64,000 nt of DNA from Pelagibacteraceae bacterium (GTDB lineage: Bacteria > Pseudomonadota > Alphaproteobacteria > Pelagibacterales > Pelagibacteraceae). Positions 1 to 8,893 of this stretch are shown here, one piece after another. The notes beneath the pieces are model-generated. The model ran no database searches, had not been told where the DNA came from, and saw only the letters and a program-made list of their open reading frames with translations. The stretch spans positions 7,724-71,723 of the forward strand of contig VTPD01000002.1 of the NCBI GenBank assembly GCA_008638015.1, in the 5' to 3' direction. How positions within the stretch are numbered: position 1 is the first letter of the stretch; every line of letters begins with the position of its first letter. A program made the translations under genes and the position numbers.

Positions 1-541
1 CTCTTTCTACTATTATTTTTAGTGCAACTGACTGAACTCTTCCTGCAGACTTAGAACCAGGTAATTTTGTCCATAATATTGGTGAAATATTAAAGCCAAC
101 CAAGTAGTCTAATGCGCGTCTTGCAAGATAAGCATTAACTAGTTCAATATTGATATCTCTGGGGTTTTCAATTCCATGCACAACTGCTTTTTTAGTAATT
201 TCATTAAAAACTACTCTTTCAACTTTTTTATCTTTTAATAAATTTTTTTCTTCTAAAATATGTTTTACATGCCAAGCAATAGCTTCACCTTCTCGATCAG
301 GGTCAGTAGCTAAAATAATTTTACTTGAGTCTTTAGCAGCGTCAGCAATTTCTTTAATATGTTTTTTTGATGTAACATCTATTTCCCATGTCATATTAAA
401 ATTATTATCTGTATCTACGGATCCATTTTTTGATGGCAAATCTCTGACATGACCAAAACTTGCAAGAACTACATAGTCATTACCGAGGTATTTATTAATA
501 GTTTTTGCTTTTGCGGGACTTTCTACAATAACAAGATTCAT
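1..541 (-). CDS. topA: DNA topoisomerase I, N-terminal part (runs off window edge)
   Basis: Not in ORF track; manual minus-strand translation from ATG at 541 gives MNLVIVESPAKAKTINKYLG...SFGHVRDL...LATDPDREGEAIAWH...SAGRVQS (TOPRIM motifs). Confidence 0.97.
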   Translation of the reverse strand, partial: MNLVIVESPAKAKTINKYLGNDYVVLASFGHVRDLPSKNGSVDTDNNFNMTWEIDVTSKKHIKEIADAAKDSSKIILATDPDREGEAIAWHVKHILEEKNLLKDKKVERVVFNEITKKAVVHGIENPRDINIELVNAYLARRALDYLVGFNISPILWTKLPGSKSAGRVQSVALKIIVER

Positions 542-607
542 AATGGATGAAGGACTGTCAAAAATTTACTCAATTGTCAAATTTTACCATTTTTAGACAA
601 TAAGGGC

Positions 608-636
608 TTGAATGAGTTTTTTAATTAGTATTTAAT
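608..636 (+). promoter_or_regulatory. Candidate sigma70 promoter for the gltI operon
   Basis: TTGAAT (608-613), 17-bp spacer, TTTAAT (631-636); AAGGGA RBS-like sequence just before ATG 671. Confidence 0.4.
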
Positions 637-670
637 AAGCAATAAAACTAACATTAAAAAGGGACATAAT

Positions 671-1552
671 ATGTTAAAATCATTAATTAAATCTGCTTTT
701 GTTGTGTTGTTAATGACAACATTTGCACAGGCAGCAGACTACGGGACTTTAAAAAAACTTAAAGATTCTGGCACAATTACAATAGGTCACAGAGAGTCAT
801 CTGTACCTTTTGCTTATTACAATAAATCACAAAAGCCTATTGGATACTCAATGGACTTATGTGAAAAAATTGTTCAAAGAGCTGAAAAGGAAATTGGAAA
901 AAAGCTTGTAAGAAAGTATTATCCAGTTAATCCAAAAACAAGAATTCAACTTCTTGCTAATGGAACAATAGACATTGAATGTGGCTCTACAACTAATAAT
1001 TTAACAAGACAGCAGCAAATTGATTATGCACATGTAACTTTTATTACTGGTACAAAGCTATTGGTAAAAAAATCAAGTGGCATAAAGTCAATTGATGACA
1101 TGAAAGGCAAAAAAATTGCTTTAGCACAAGGTACAACAAATGAAAAAGCTGTAGTCAAAATTAATTCTGATAAAAAACTTGGAATTAGTGTTGTTAACGT
1201 AAAAGATCATGCTGAAGGTTTCTTGGCTTTAGAAACTGGAAGGGTTGATGCTTATTCAACAGACCACATTTTATTATTTGGATTGATATCTAAAGCAAAA
1301 AAACCAGCTGACTATGCTGTAGTTGGAAGCTTTTTGTCTTACGACCCTTACGCAATTATGGTTAGAAGAGACGATTCAGCAATGCGTTTAGTTGCTAATT
1401 CTGAACTATCTGATCTGTTCAGATCTGGAGAAATTAATAAGATTTATGATAAATGGTTTATGAAACCATTGCCAGAAGGTGGAAAGGCGCTAAGCGTTCC
1501 ACAAACTGACCTGTTACAGGCTGCATTTACAATGCAAGCTTTGCCATACTAG
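671..1552 (+). CDS. gltI: Glutamate/aspartate-type ABC transporter substrate-binding protein
   Basis: Signal peptide; TIGHRESSVPFAY, RIQLLANGTIDIECGSTTNNLTRQQQIDY, GTTNE and D-x-ILL motifs of the GltI family. Confidence 0.85.
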   Translation: MLKSLIKSAFVVLLMTTFAQAADYGTLKKLKDSGTITIGHRESSVPFAYYNKSQKPIGYSMDLCEKIVQRAEKEIGKKLVRKYYPVNPKTRIQLLANGTIDIECGSTTNNLTRQQQIDYAHVTFITGTKLLVKKSSGIKSIDDMKGKKIALAQGTTNEKAVVKINSDKKLGISVVNVKDHAEGFLALETGRVDAYSTDHILLFGLISKAKKPADYAVVGSFLSYDPYAIMVRRDDSAMRLVANSELSDLFRSGEINKIYDKWFMKPLPEGGKALSVPQTDLLQAAFTMQALPY

Positions 1553-1566
1553 TTAAATCTTAATTT

Positions 1567-1597
1567 TTCATATGGGTCATTTTATGACCCATATGAA
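1567..1597 (+). terminator. Perfect 14-bp inverted repeat after the SBP gene (partial terminator or mRNA-stabilising hairpin)
   Basis: TTCATATGGGTCAT-ttt-ATGACCCATATGAA. Confidence 0.7.
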
Positions 1598-1614
1598 TCT
1601 AATCGTTTTTATCA

Positions 1615-2334
1615 ATGAAATATAACTGGAATTGGTCAGTCTTATTCGAGCAGCAGTACTTTGATTGGATTGTCTCAGGTACATTATGGACTATTTATTT
1701 ATCCTTAGCAGCTTCAGTTATAGCTTTTTTTTTAGGTTCATTAATTGGAATACTAAGAACTTTAGATAACAAAATTCTAAATTTTATTGGAACCACATAT
1801 GTAGAAATTTTTAGGAATATTCCGCTATTGGTTCAAATGTTCATTTGGTACTTTGTGTTTCCTGAATTAGTTCCAAAAGAATTTGGAAATTGGTTAAAAC
1901 AAGATTTACCTAACCCGGAATTTTCTTCAGCCTTGTTTTGTCTTGGTACCTACACTGCTTCACGAGTGGCAGAGCAAGTACGTTCAGGAATTAACTCTGT
2001 GTCGACTGGCGTTGGGAGTGCTGGTTATGCGACTGGCTTAACAACTTATCAACTTTATATTTATGTATTATTGCCAATTGCCTATAGAATTATAATTCCA
2101 CCATTAACATCAGAGTTTTTAACTATCTTTAAAAATTCATCACTCGCTTTAACAATAGGTCTGATGGAGCTAACGGCTCGAAGTAATATGATTATGGACT
2201 GGACTTTCCAAGGATTTGAAGCCTTTACTGCAGCAACAGTTATTTATGTTTCTGTAACAATGATCGTTACTTTAATTATGCAAAGAGTTGAGAGCAAAAC
2301 TCAAATACCAGGATTTATTAGGCAAAAAACATGA
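1615..2334 (+). CDS. gltJ: Polar amino acid ABC permease (GltJ-like)
   Basis: YVEIFRNIPLLVQMFIWYF, AEQVRSGI EAA-loop, PPLTSEFLTIFKNSS. Confidence 0.85.
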   Translation: MKYNWNWSVLFEQQYFDWIVSGTLWTIYLSLAASVIAFFLGSLIGILRTLDNKILNFIGTTYVEIFRNIPLLVQMFIWYFVFPELVPKEFGNWLKQDLPNPEFSSALFCLGTYTASRVAEQVRSGINSVSTGVGSAGYATGLTTYQLYIYVLLPIAYRIIIPPLTSEFLTIFKNSSLALTIGLMELTARSNMIMDWTFQGFEAFTAATVIYVSVTMIVTLIMQRVESKTQIPGFIRQKT

Positions 2335-2993
2335 TTAAAAATTTTGATTTTAATGTAATTGCAGATTCTTTGCCTTTTTTATGGAAGGGACTGCAGGTAA
2401 GTTTTTATTTAACTTTTTTAGCACTAATCGGAGGTATTTTGTTTGGTACCTTATTGGCCTTGATGAGAATATCTAATTTTAAATCATTGCAATATTTTTC
2501 CATGACCTATGTAAATTTTTTAAGATCTATGCCACTAATTTTAGTTATTTTTTGGTTTTTTTTCTTAATACCTCTCATAATTGGAAAACCAATTGGAGGT
2601 TTCTACTCTGCGGTTATTGCCTTTACAATGTTTGAAGCTGCTTATTATAGTGAAATTATTAGAGCAGGATTGCTAAGTGTTTCAAGCAATCAAATTGCAG
2701 CCGCTAGAGCTACTGGACTTACTTACTCTCAATCCATGATTTACATAATACTACCACAGGCATTTCGAAATATGATACCTGTACTGCTTACTCAAGCAGT
2801 AATTTTATTTCAAGATACATCATTGGTGTATGTAGTAAGTTTAAGAGATTTTATGACAGCAAGCTCTATAGTGGCACAAAGTCAATCAAGACTTGTTGAG
2901 ATGTATTTGTTTGCAGCTTTAATTTATTTTTTAATATGTTTTACTTTTTCCTTTATGATTAAAAGAATTCAAAATAGAAAGGTTGTGCAATGA
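2331..2993 (+). CDS. gltK: Polar amino acid ABC permease (GltK-like)
   Basis: [35 protein letters not shown]. Confidence 0.85.
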   Translation: MIKNFDFNVIADSLPFLWKGLQVSFYLTFLALIGGILFGTLLALMRISNFKSLQYFSMTYVNFLRSMPLILVIFWFFFLIPLIIGKPIGGFYSAVIAFTMFEAAYYSEIIRAGLLSVSSNQIAAARATGLTYSQSMIYIILPQAFRNMIPVLLTQAVILFQDTSLVYVVSLRDFMTASSIVAQSQSRLVEMYLFAALIYFLICFTFSFMIKRIQNRKVVQ

Positions 2994-3718
2994 TAGAATT
3001 AAAAAATGTAAGCAAATGGTATGGAACCTTTCAAGTTTTAAAAGATTGCAGTGTAACTATTCAGAAAAGTGATGTCATGGTTATTTGCGGACCCTCTGGT
3101 TCGGGTAAATCTACATTGATCAAGTGTGTGAATGGATTAGAAAAGTTTCAAGAAGGTGAAATTTTTGTAGATTCTATCAAGGTTAATGATCCAAAAACTA
3201 ATTTAAATGATTTGAGAGCAAAAATCGGAATGGTATTTCAAAATTTTGAATTATACCCACACATGTCAGTTTTAAAAAATATCTCATTAGCTCAAGTTAA
3301 GGTTTTAAAAAGAAGTTTAGATGAAGCCGATGCCAAATCTATGTCTTTATTAGAAAGGGTAGGTTTGAAAGATCAAGCTACTAAATTTCCAGCACAATTG
3401 TCTGGCGGACAACAACAACGAGTTGCTATTGCAAGAGCATTGGCCATGGATCCAATTGCCATGCTATTTGATGAGCCTACTTCAGCACTAGATCCAGAAA
3501 TGATCAATGAGGTTTTGGATGTTATGGTTGAATTGGCGCAAGATGGTATGACAATGGCTGTGGTGACTCATGAAATGGGTTTTGCAAAAAAAGTTGCAGA
3601 TAAAATTTTATTTATGGATGAAGGGCGAGTAGAAGAAACAGCAGATAAAGAGACCTTTTTTGAAAATCCAAAATCAGATCGCACTAAACTATTTTTGTCT
3701 AAAATATTATCTCACTAG
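2990..3718 (+). CDS. gltL: Polar amino acid ABC ATPase (GltL/GlnQ-like)
   Basis: Walker [10 protein letters not shown], signature [27 protein letters not shown]. Confidence 0.9.
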   Translation: MIELKNVSKWYGTFQVLKDCSVTIQKSDVMVICGPSGSGKSTLIKCVNGLEKFQEGEIFVDSIKVNDPKTNLNDLRAKIGMVFQNFELYPHMSVLKNISLAQVKVLKRSLDEADAKSMSLLERVGLKDQATKFPAQLSGGQQQRVAIARALAMDPIAMLFDEPTSALDPEMINEVLDVMVELAQDGMTMAVVTHEMGFAKKVADKILFMDEGRVEETADKETFFENPKSDRTKLFLSKILSH

Positions 3719-3752
3719 TGGTTATTAATAAAAACTGCTAAATCATCATTTG

Positions 3753-4469
3753 ATGGCAAAAAAACAAAGTAAAATGGTTGGTATTATTGGTGGCATGGGC
3801 CCACATGCATCTAACCGTTTTATGGAAATTTTTTATAACTACAAAAACCAAGCTATTGAGAGCAATTATCCAAGGCTAATTCTAGATAGCAACACACAAA
3901 TTCCTAGTAGAGTAAAAGCGATATTTACAAAAAGCAAAAGCCCAGCATCCGCAATGATAGATAGTGCAAAAAAACTCCAACAATTTGGTTGTGATGCAAT
4001 TGCAATTCCCTGCAATACAGCTCACGCATGGCATGCCGATATTGAAAAAAAAATACAAATTCCTGTTTTTAATATTATTGATTGTGTCTATGATGAAATT
4101 AAAGCAAAGCTACCAAATAAATTAATTAATGTTTATATTTTTGGCACACAAGCAACACAAAAACTAAGGTTGTATGAGAGTAAACTTAATAAAAATAAAA
4201 ATTTAAATATTCATATAGTAAATAAGAATATTCAATCCAAAATTGATAAGATAATTTTTCTTATAAAAAAAAATAATTTACAAAAGCAATATATTAGTAA
4301 ATTTAAAAAAATAATATCTCTATTGAAATTAAAAAATAAAAATAATGTTGTAATTCTAGGTTGTACAGAGTTATCTTATTTCAAAGATATAAGTTTAAGC
4401 AATTGTACTTTAATTGATTCAAGTTTTGTTTTGGCAAAAAAAACTTATCATTTTTGTGAGAAAAAATAA
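3753..4469 (+). CDS. Aspartate/glutamate racemase family protein (RacD/RacX-like)
   Basis: GIIGGMGP, PCNTAH and GCTE two-cysteine motifs; ATG at 3753 (ORF track starts at TTG 3750). Confidence 0.85.
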   Translation: MAKKQSKMVGIIGGMGPHASNRFMEIFYNYKNQAIESNYPRLILDSNTQIPSRVKAIFTKSKSPASAMIDSAKKLQQFGCDAIAIPCNTAHAWHADIEKKIQIPVFNIIDCVYDEIKAKLPNKLINVYIFGTQATQKLRLYESKLNKNKNLNIHIVNKNIQSKIDKIIFLIKKNNLQKQYISKFKKIISLLKLKNKNNVVILGCTELSYFKDISLSNCTLIDSSFVLAKKTYHFCEKK

Positions 4470-4477
4470 TTTTTTAA

Positions 4478-5239
4478 ATGCCTGAGATTAATAATTTTTC
4501 ATATATAGATGAAGGCAAAGGCTTCCCCCTGGTGTTAGTCCATGGTTTTTTAGGAAATGCGGAAATGTGGAGACCCCAAATTGATGAATTTAAAAAATAT
4601 TTTAGAGTTATAGCCCCTGATTTACCAGGTTATGGAAAAAATAATAAATATAAATTAATTAATAGCATTGAAGGTTTTGCTTCTGAAATTTTTAATTTTT
4701 TACAAAATTTAAAAATTGAAAAATTTAACTTACTTGGTCATTCTATGGGTGGAATGATTGTGCAGCAAATGAGTGTTAATTTTTCAAGTCATATCAATAA
4801 ATTAATTTGCTATAGCACTGGTTCTATTGGAGAAATGCCAAATAGATTTGAAACCATTGATGAATCTAGAAAAAAAATAAAAACAAATGGATTAGAAATT
4901 ACTTCCTTAAATATTGCAAAAACTTGGTTTGTGAACGGTGAAAATGATCCTAATTTTTATCTTTGCAAAAATGCATCCTCCGAAACAACTTTGGACGCTG
5001 CTGACGCTTCCTTAGTGGCCATGAAATCATGGAATGGAAAAAATAACCTTTATAAAATCAATAACAAAACACTTATCATCTGGGGAGATTTAGATAAATC
5101 TTATGACAAAAACCAAATTGATATTTTGCATAGCAATATAAAAAACAGTGAATTAAAAATTGTAAATGGCTTCGCGCATAACGTGCATCTTGAAAATCCT
5201 AAAATTTTTAATAAATTATTGTTAGATTTTTTAATTTAA
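4478..5239 (+). CDS. Alpha/beta fold hydrolase, substrate unknown
   Basis: HGF oxyanion motif, APDLPGYG, GHSMGG nucleophile elbow, WGDLD, C-terminal AHNVHLENP. Confidence 0.9.
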   Translation: MPEINNFSYIDEGKGFPLVLVHGFLGNAEMWRPQIDEFKKYFRVIAPDLPGYGKNNKYKLINSIEGFASEIFNFLQNLKIEKFNLLGHSMGGMIVQQMSVNFSSHINKLICYSTGSIGEMPNRFETIDESRKKIKTNGLEITSLNIAKTWFVNGENDPNFYLCKNASSETTLDAADASLVAMKSWNGKNNLYKINNKTLIIWGDLDKSYDKNQIDILHSNIKNSELKIVNGFAHNVHLENPKIFNKLLLDFLI

Positions 5240-5309
5240 AATATATTTGACAAGTCAATAATTAAAGTGAATTATTGCAGTCTATTAATTAACTAAATAA
5301 AGGGGATTT

Positions 5310-6281
5310 ATGAAAATTGTAAAAAGTTTAGTTGCAACACTTATTGTGAGTTTGTTTGCAACATCTGCTTTTTCAGCTGAAAAAGTAAAAATTGGTGATC
5401 CAGGTTGGCCTGGAGCAAAAGCTATAGCTCATTTATTGCAAGCGGTAGTAAAAGACAAGATTGGTGGTGAAGCTGATATTGTTCCTGGTAATAATGCTGC
5501 AATTTACGGTGCTATTGAAAGAGACAAGGGTGAGATTGAAGTTCATCCAGATATTTGGTTACCAAACCAAGAAGGATTTACAAAAAAACTTGTTAGTGGA
5601 TCTGGCAATGGAAAATTAGTGATGAGCAAAAATCCTTATGAAGGAAATCAAGGATATTGTGTTTCTAAAAATTTTGCTAAAAAATACAAAATTACTTCAA
5701 TTTTTGATCTTGGAAGACCAGAAGTTGTTAAAGCAATGGATAGTGATGGAAATGGAAAAGGTGAATTCTGGATTGGAGCACCTGGATGGGCATCAGCAAA
5801 TGTAAATGAGATCAAAGTAAGAGATTACAAATTACTAGAAGCTGGTATTGAGCCTATTAGAGCTAATGAGCCTGTTAAAGATGCAAGAGTTAAAGACTCC
5901 ATTGCAAAAGGCGAGGGTTATGCTTTCTATTGCTACAAGCCACATGCGATTTGGTCTACTTATGATATTGTAATGTTAACAGAGCCAAAACACGATCCAG
6001 CAAAATATAAAATGGTTCAACCCAATGCTGATCCAGATTGGCAAAAGAAATCTTATGTTGCGAGTAAAGATGCACTTAAGCAAATTCAAATTGGATGGTC
6101 TAAAAGTTTAGAAGCAAAGTCTCCTGCAATCGCAGGTTTCTTTAAGAAGTTTCAACTTACTGCTGATGACGTAGGTGCTTTAGCTTATGAAATTTCAACT
6201 AAAAAAAGAAATCCTACTGAAGTAGCAAGAGAATGGATGAAGAAAAATCCTAAAAAAGTTGACGCTTGGTTAGGATTATAA
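5310..6281 (+). CDS. Glycine betaine/proline/quaternary-amine family ABC substrate-binding protein (ProX/OpuAC-like)
   Basis: Signal peptide; EVHPDIWLPNQ, GAPGWAS, FYCYKPH, VAREWM...VDAWL; AAGGGG RBS; followed by proV/proW-like genes. Confidence 0.8.
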   Translation: MKIVKSLVATLIVSLFATSAFSAEKVKIGDPGWPGAKAIAHLLQAVVKDKIGGEADIVPGNNAAIYGAIERDKGEIEVHPDIWLPNQEGFTKKLVSGSGNGKLVMSKNPYEGNQGYCVSKNFAKKYKITSIFDLGRPEVVKAMDSDGNGKGEFWIGAPGWASANVNEIKVRDYKLLEAGIEPIRANEPVKDARVKDSIAKGEGYAFYCYKPHAIWSTYDIVMLTEPKHDPAKYKMVQPNADPDWQKKSYVASKDALKQIQIGWSKSLEAKSPAIAGFFKKFQLTADDVGALAYEISTKKRNPTEVAREWMKKNPKKVDAWLGL

Positions 6282-6302
6282 TCCATAATCTTTAAAATAT
6301 TT

Positions 6303-6337
6303 AAATTAACCTGGTAATATAATTACCAGGTTAATTT
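6303..6337 (+). terminator. Perfect 16-bp inverted repeat after the SBP gene
   Basis: AAATTAACCTGGTAAT-ata-ATTACCAGGTTAATTT. Confidence 0.7.
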
Positions 6338-6363
6338 CATCTCAAATTATTGTACAAACACTC

Positions 6364-7407
6364 ATGACTGAAGTTGCTATAAAAGTTGAAAATGTTTGGA
6401 AAATATTTGGAAATAATTCTCAAGAAGTAATTCACTCCATACAAAACAATAGTATTAGTAAAAAAGAAGCTTTGGAAAAGTACAATGCGGTCATTGGAGT
6501 TTCCGATGTGAGTTTTGAAGTTCTGCAAGGAGAAATTTTTTGCATAATGGGTCTTTCTGGTAGTGGAAAATCTACCTTAGTTAGACATTTTAATCGTTTA
6601 TTAGAACCCACTTCAGGAAAAATATTAATCAATGGTATTGATATTATGGGTCTGGATGAGCTTACATTGAGAGAATATAGAAATAAAAAAATTGGCATGG
6701 TATTCCAAAATTTTGCATTAATGCCTCATAGGTCAGTCATAGATAATATTGCAATGCCATTAGAAATTAGAGGAATTAATAAAAATCAACGATATCAAGA
6801 AGTTGAAAAAATTTTAGAAATAGTTGAGCTTACGGGATGGGGCAATAAATATGCTCATGAATTATCTGGTGGGATGCAACAAAGAGTAGGTTTGGCCAGA
6901 GCTTTAGCTGCAGATCCAGAGTTATTGCTTATGGATGAGCCTTTTAGTGCTTTAGATCCACTAATTAGGAGGCAGTTACAAGAGGAATTCATTAATTTGT
7001 CTAAAAAAATGAAAAAAACAACCATATTTATTACTCATGATTTAGATGAAGCTGTAAGAGTAGGTCATAGAATTGCAATCATGCGTGATGGTCAAGTTAT
7101 TCAGGTTGGAACACCAGAGGAAATTATTTTAAATCCTGTTGATGAGTACGTGAAAGAATTTGTTAAAGGGATATCAAGATTAAAAGTAGTAAAGGCACAT
7201 AGTATTATGATGCCTATAGAGAATTATAAAAATCTCAATCAATCCATTCCGAAAAATTCATACAAAATTTTAGAGGATGATAATTTAAATAAAATTATAG
7301 AAGCAGCCATAAATCAAGATGAGGATATTACGGTATATGATGAAAGCAATAATCTGGTCGGCATTATTGATAAAAAAAATCTTTTAAAAAATGTGGTTGA
7401 AAAATAG
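6364..7407 (+). CDS. proV: Glycine betaine/proline-type ABC ATPase (ProV/OpuAA-like)
   Basis: [43 protein letters not shown], reduced CBS-like tail. Confidence 0.85.
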   Translation: MTEVAIKVENVWKIFGNNSQEVIHSIQNNSISKKEALEKYNAVIGVSDVSFEVLQGEIFCIMGLSGSGKSTLVRHFNRLLEPTSGKILINGIDIMGLDELTLREYRNKKIGMVFQNFALMPHRSVIDNIAMPLEIRGINKNQRYQEVEKILEIVELTGWGNKYAHELSGGMQQRVGLARALAADPELLLMDEPFSALDPLIRRQLQEEFINLSKKMKKTTIFITHDLDEAVRVGHRIAIMRDGQVIQVGTPEEIILNPVDEYVKEFVKGISRLKVVKAHSIMMPIENYKNLNQSIPKNSYKILEDDNLNKIIEAAINQDEDITVYDESNNLVGIIDKKNLLKNVVEK

Positions 7408-7410
7408 ATT

Positions 7411-8889
7411 ATGAATTATGACTCTGAAATAACAAAATTTGTAAAAACAAATTCTTCTTATTATATAAGAGAATTTACTAGAATTGGTAACAGTTCGAAA
7501 AAAGTTTTTTCTTTTAATATTTTTGCTTCTCTTTTAGGACCCGTATGGTTTGGATCAAGAAATATCTGGAATTATGCATTAACTTTTTTAATTTTAGAAA
7601 CTTTTTCTATAGTTCAAATTATGCGAGGTTTTTTTGGAAATGTAACTACTGAAATTTATTCTAAAATAGCTGGTATAGAAAGCACATTGGTGTTTCGTAA
7701 TAAGCAATTATCAGCAGCATATGAAAAAGCTCCTGAAAAAGTAGCGGTTTTCAAGAGAGCAATAGAGTCTTTAGAAAAAGCAATAACAGATTATAAATTG
7801 GAGGCGAAGGCAATAGAGGAGAGTGCTATTTATATAGCAATTTTTGGAATTGTAGGATTATTTATAATAAAAATTATTCAAGGAATTGTTGCTAATCATA
7901 TATTGGAAAAAAAATTTTCTAATTATTTGTCTGATAGTTCCATAAGTGCAGAAATTAAAAGCAAAAATATATTTTTTAGTATTTTGTTTACGATAACAAT
8001 TATTATTTTTACTTCTATACATTATGCTTTTCCAGATACTTGGATTTTTTTAAATAACTTTCCAACTCACCCAGATATTAGACTAACTTCTATAAAGTGG
8101 ATTGAAACAGGATTTAATTTTGCCACGTTAAAAGGAGATGCATTTTTTGATGGTGTTAGCCAGGCTATTAGATCAGTTTTAGATTTTCTTGAACTTTTAT
8201 TTTTAGGAACGCCCTGGATTGTAATATTTTCGGTAATTGTTCTTTTGACAACATTATCAGCTGGTCCAAGAGCAGGAATAATTACTGGTTCTTTTTTGGC
8301 CTACATGGGGCTTTTGGGTTTTTGGAAACTTGCTATGATCACTATAGCACTTCTTAATACAGCTGCAGCATTAAGTATAATTATTGGAATACCGCTCGGT
8401 ATTTATTGTTCACGTAGGCCAAAATTTTACTCTTTTATAAGACCTATTATGGACTTTATGCAAACAATGCCAGCGTTTGTCTTTATGATACCTGTCATTG
8501 CCTTCTTTGGGGTTGGTAAAGTTGCGGCTGTTTTAATAACAATGATTTTTGGTGGAACACCAGTTGTTCGTTTTACAGTGCTTGCTTTAAAAGGAGTTCC
8601 AGAAAATGTTAGAGAGGCTGCTATTTCTTATGGAGCCTCTAAGTGGTATTTATTAAGAAAAGTGGACCTACCACTAGCCGCTCCTACTATTATGGCAGGT
8701 GTTAATCAAACTGTGTTGCTTAGCTTAACTATGGTTGTTGTTGCTTCATTAGTTGGAGCAAAGGGTCTTGGTTTAGAAGTTCTTGAGGCACTCCAATATA
8801 CAAATGTTGGACAAGGAATATTAGCAGGTATTGCAATATTATTTTGTGCTTTGATCTTGGATAAAATAGTTCAAGGAAAGAAAAATTAA
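7411..8889 (+). CDS. proW: ProW-type ABC permease with long N-terminal membrane/coiled extension
   Basis: C-terminal half RPIMDFMQTMPAFVFMIP, EAAISYGAS, AGVNQTVLLSL; ~230 extra N-terminal residues. Confidence 0.8.
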   Translation: MNYDSEITKFVKTNSSYYIREFTRIGNSSKKVFSFNIFASLLGPVWFGSRNIWNYALTFLILETFSIVQIMRGFFGNVTTEIYSKIAGIESTLVFRNKQLSAAYEKAPEKVAVFKRAIESLEKAITDYKLEAKAIEESAIYIAIFGIVGLFIIKIIQGIVANHILEKKFSNYLSDSSISAEIKSKNIFFSILFTITIIIFTSIHYAFPDTWIFLNNFPTHPDIRLTSIKWIETGFNFATLKGDAFFDGVSQAIRSVLDFLELLFLGTPWIVIFSVIVLLTTLSAGPRAGIITGSFLAYMGLLGFWKLAMITIALLNTAAALSIIIGIPLGIYCSRRPKFYSFIRPIMDFMQTMPAFVFMIPVIAFFGVGKVAAVLITMIFGGTPVVRFTVLALKGVPENVREAAISYGASKWYLLRKVDLPLAAPTIMAGVNQTVLLSLTMVVVASLVGAKGLGLEVLEALQYTNVGQGILAGIAILFCALILDKIVQGKKN

Positions 8890-8893
8890 ATTA

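Larger units (their letters stand above)
671..8889 (+). other. Putative accessory nutrient-uptake island between topA and plsY
   Basis: Nine plus-strand transport/catabolic genes interrupt the minus-strand pyrB-pyrC-plsY-(dprA)-topA block; no integrase or flanking repeat seen. Confidence 0.6.
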
